From NCBI GenBank assembly GCA_963674595.2, contig CAXXFV010000027.1:160001-224000 (forward strand): a stretch of 64,000 bases of DNA, given 5' to 3'. Below are positions 63,402-64,000 of the stretch, piece by piece. The DNA is from a bacterium (GTDB lineage Bacteria; Zhuqueibacterota; Zhuqueibacteria; Residuimicrobiales; Krinioviventaceae). A program made the translations under genes and the position numbers. Within the stretch, counting starts at the first letter, position 1. The number at the start of each line of letters is the position of its first letter. The notes beneath the pieces were generated by a model. It ran no database searches. It was not told where the DNA came from and saw only the letters and a program-made list of their open reading frames with translations.

Positions 63402-64000
63402 TCAAACCTTTTCAGGTACAATATAGGGATATCTATAATCACGTGTCAAATAGCTGTTTGCCACTTCATCATCAATAAACCGTTCGGTATGTGAATTGAA
63501 ATGTAATTCGCGGCCTAAACGATTTGAAATATTGGCCATGTGACTCATTGCCGTAGACATGTGTCCGTCTGAAATATCAGCATTCAGCATTTTCATGTCA
63601 TTAGCACGGACAGCCTGGATAAAATTAACAAAGTTGGCAGATCCGCCGGCACCAGCTAAATTCATAGGATCAGCAACATCACCTTTACCATCATATTTTT
63701 CACCCGGCTCATTGTTCCGGCCATAATAGGTAGTCCATTTGTCACCGTTAAGATGCATCCAGCCTTTTGTTCCAAAAAACAAGTTACCAATTTTAATACC
63801 ATCTTCATTGTTTGTATATAGACCGCGCACTTCGAACTGTATAATTTTACCATCATCATATTCGAAGGTAGCCATTTGAGTATTCGGGGTTTCCTGATCA
63901 TCATCAAAAGCAAATTTTCCGCCAACACACTTTACCGTTTTTGGATGTACGCGTTTACCCATACCCCAACGGGCAATGTCCATTTGATGAGGGCCCTGGT
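63402..64000 (-). CDS. Gfo/Idh/MocA oxidoreductase, C-terminal part (5'-truncated)
   Basis: 'QGPHQMDIARWG', 'DDQETPNT', 'NFIQAVR' and 'AN.YLTR.YR.PY' motifs. Confidence 0.85.
   Translation of the reverse strand, partial: QGPHQMDIARWGMGKRVHPKTVKCVGGKFAFDDDQETPNTQMATFEYDDGKIIQFEVRGLYTNNEDGIKIGNLFFGTKGWMHLNGDKWTTYYGRNNEPGEKYDGKGDVADPMNLAGAGGSANFVNFIQAVRANDMKMLNADISDGHMSTAMSHMANISNRLGRELHFNSHTERFIDDEVANSYLTRDYRYPYIVPEKV

Overview
AT-rich chromosomal window from an FCB-group-like anaerobic diderm. Proteins with 'YPNPFNP...KKMILMK' secretion C-terminal domains, GGAG Shine-Dalgarno use, TTGACA promoters and a CIRCE box suggest KSB1/Calditrichota/Ignavibacteria-like, but this is inference. Contents in order: (1) aryl-acid uptake/activation cluster (SSS symporter plus small accessory ORF, iorAB, two phenylacetate-CoA ligases, ACT protein, TRAP, USP); (2) accessory region with secreted proteins and two diverged copies of an unexplained ~190-nt promoter-plus-structured-leader element; (3) CsgG-like/PEGA protein paired with a PKD/FISUMP lipoprotein; (4) HerA-like ATPase, DUF937, BON-LysM and DUF4332 genes; (5) ~20-kb SusD-less glycan locus (ECF sigma, FecR, TonB receptor, secreted partner, oxidoreductase, GH92, GH2, GHL10-like, two distantly homologous lyase-like unknowns); (6) M3 peptidase; (7) HTH-regulated LolA-like/barrel/MMPL operon; (8) rlmH, frameshifted khpA, CIRCE-groES-groEL, YdjC deacetylase, a candidate ~95-nt GU-rich sRNA and a partial oxidoreductase. 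No rRNA, tRNA, CRISPR, transposase, integrase or reverse transcriptase was seen. Family assignments come from motif recognition, not database searches. Best novelty candidates: the duplicated structured leader, the sRNA, the lyase-like pair, the SusD-less locus and the CsgG-PEGA/lipoprotein pair.
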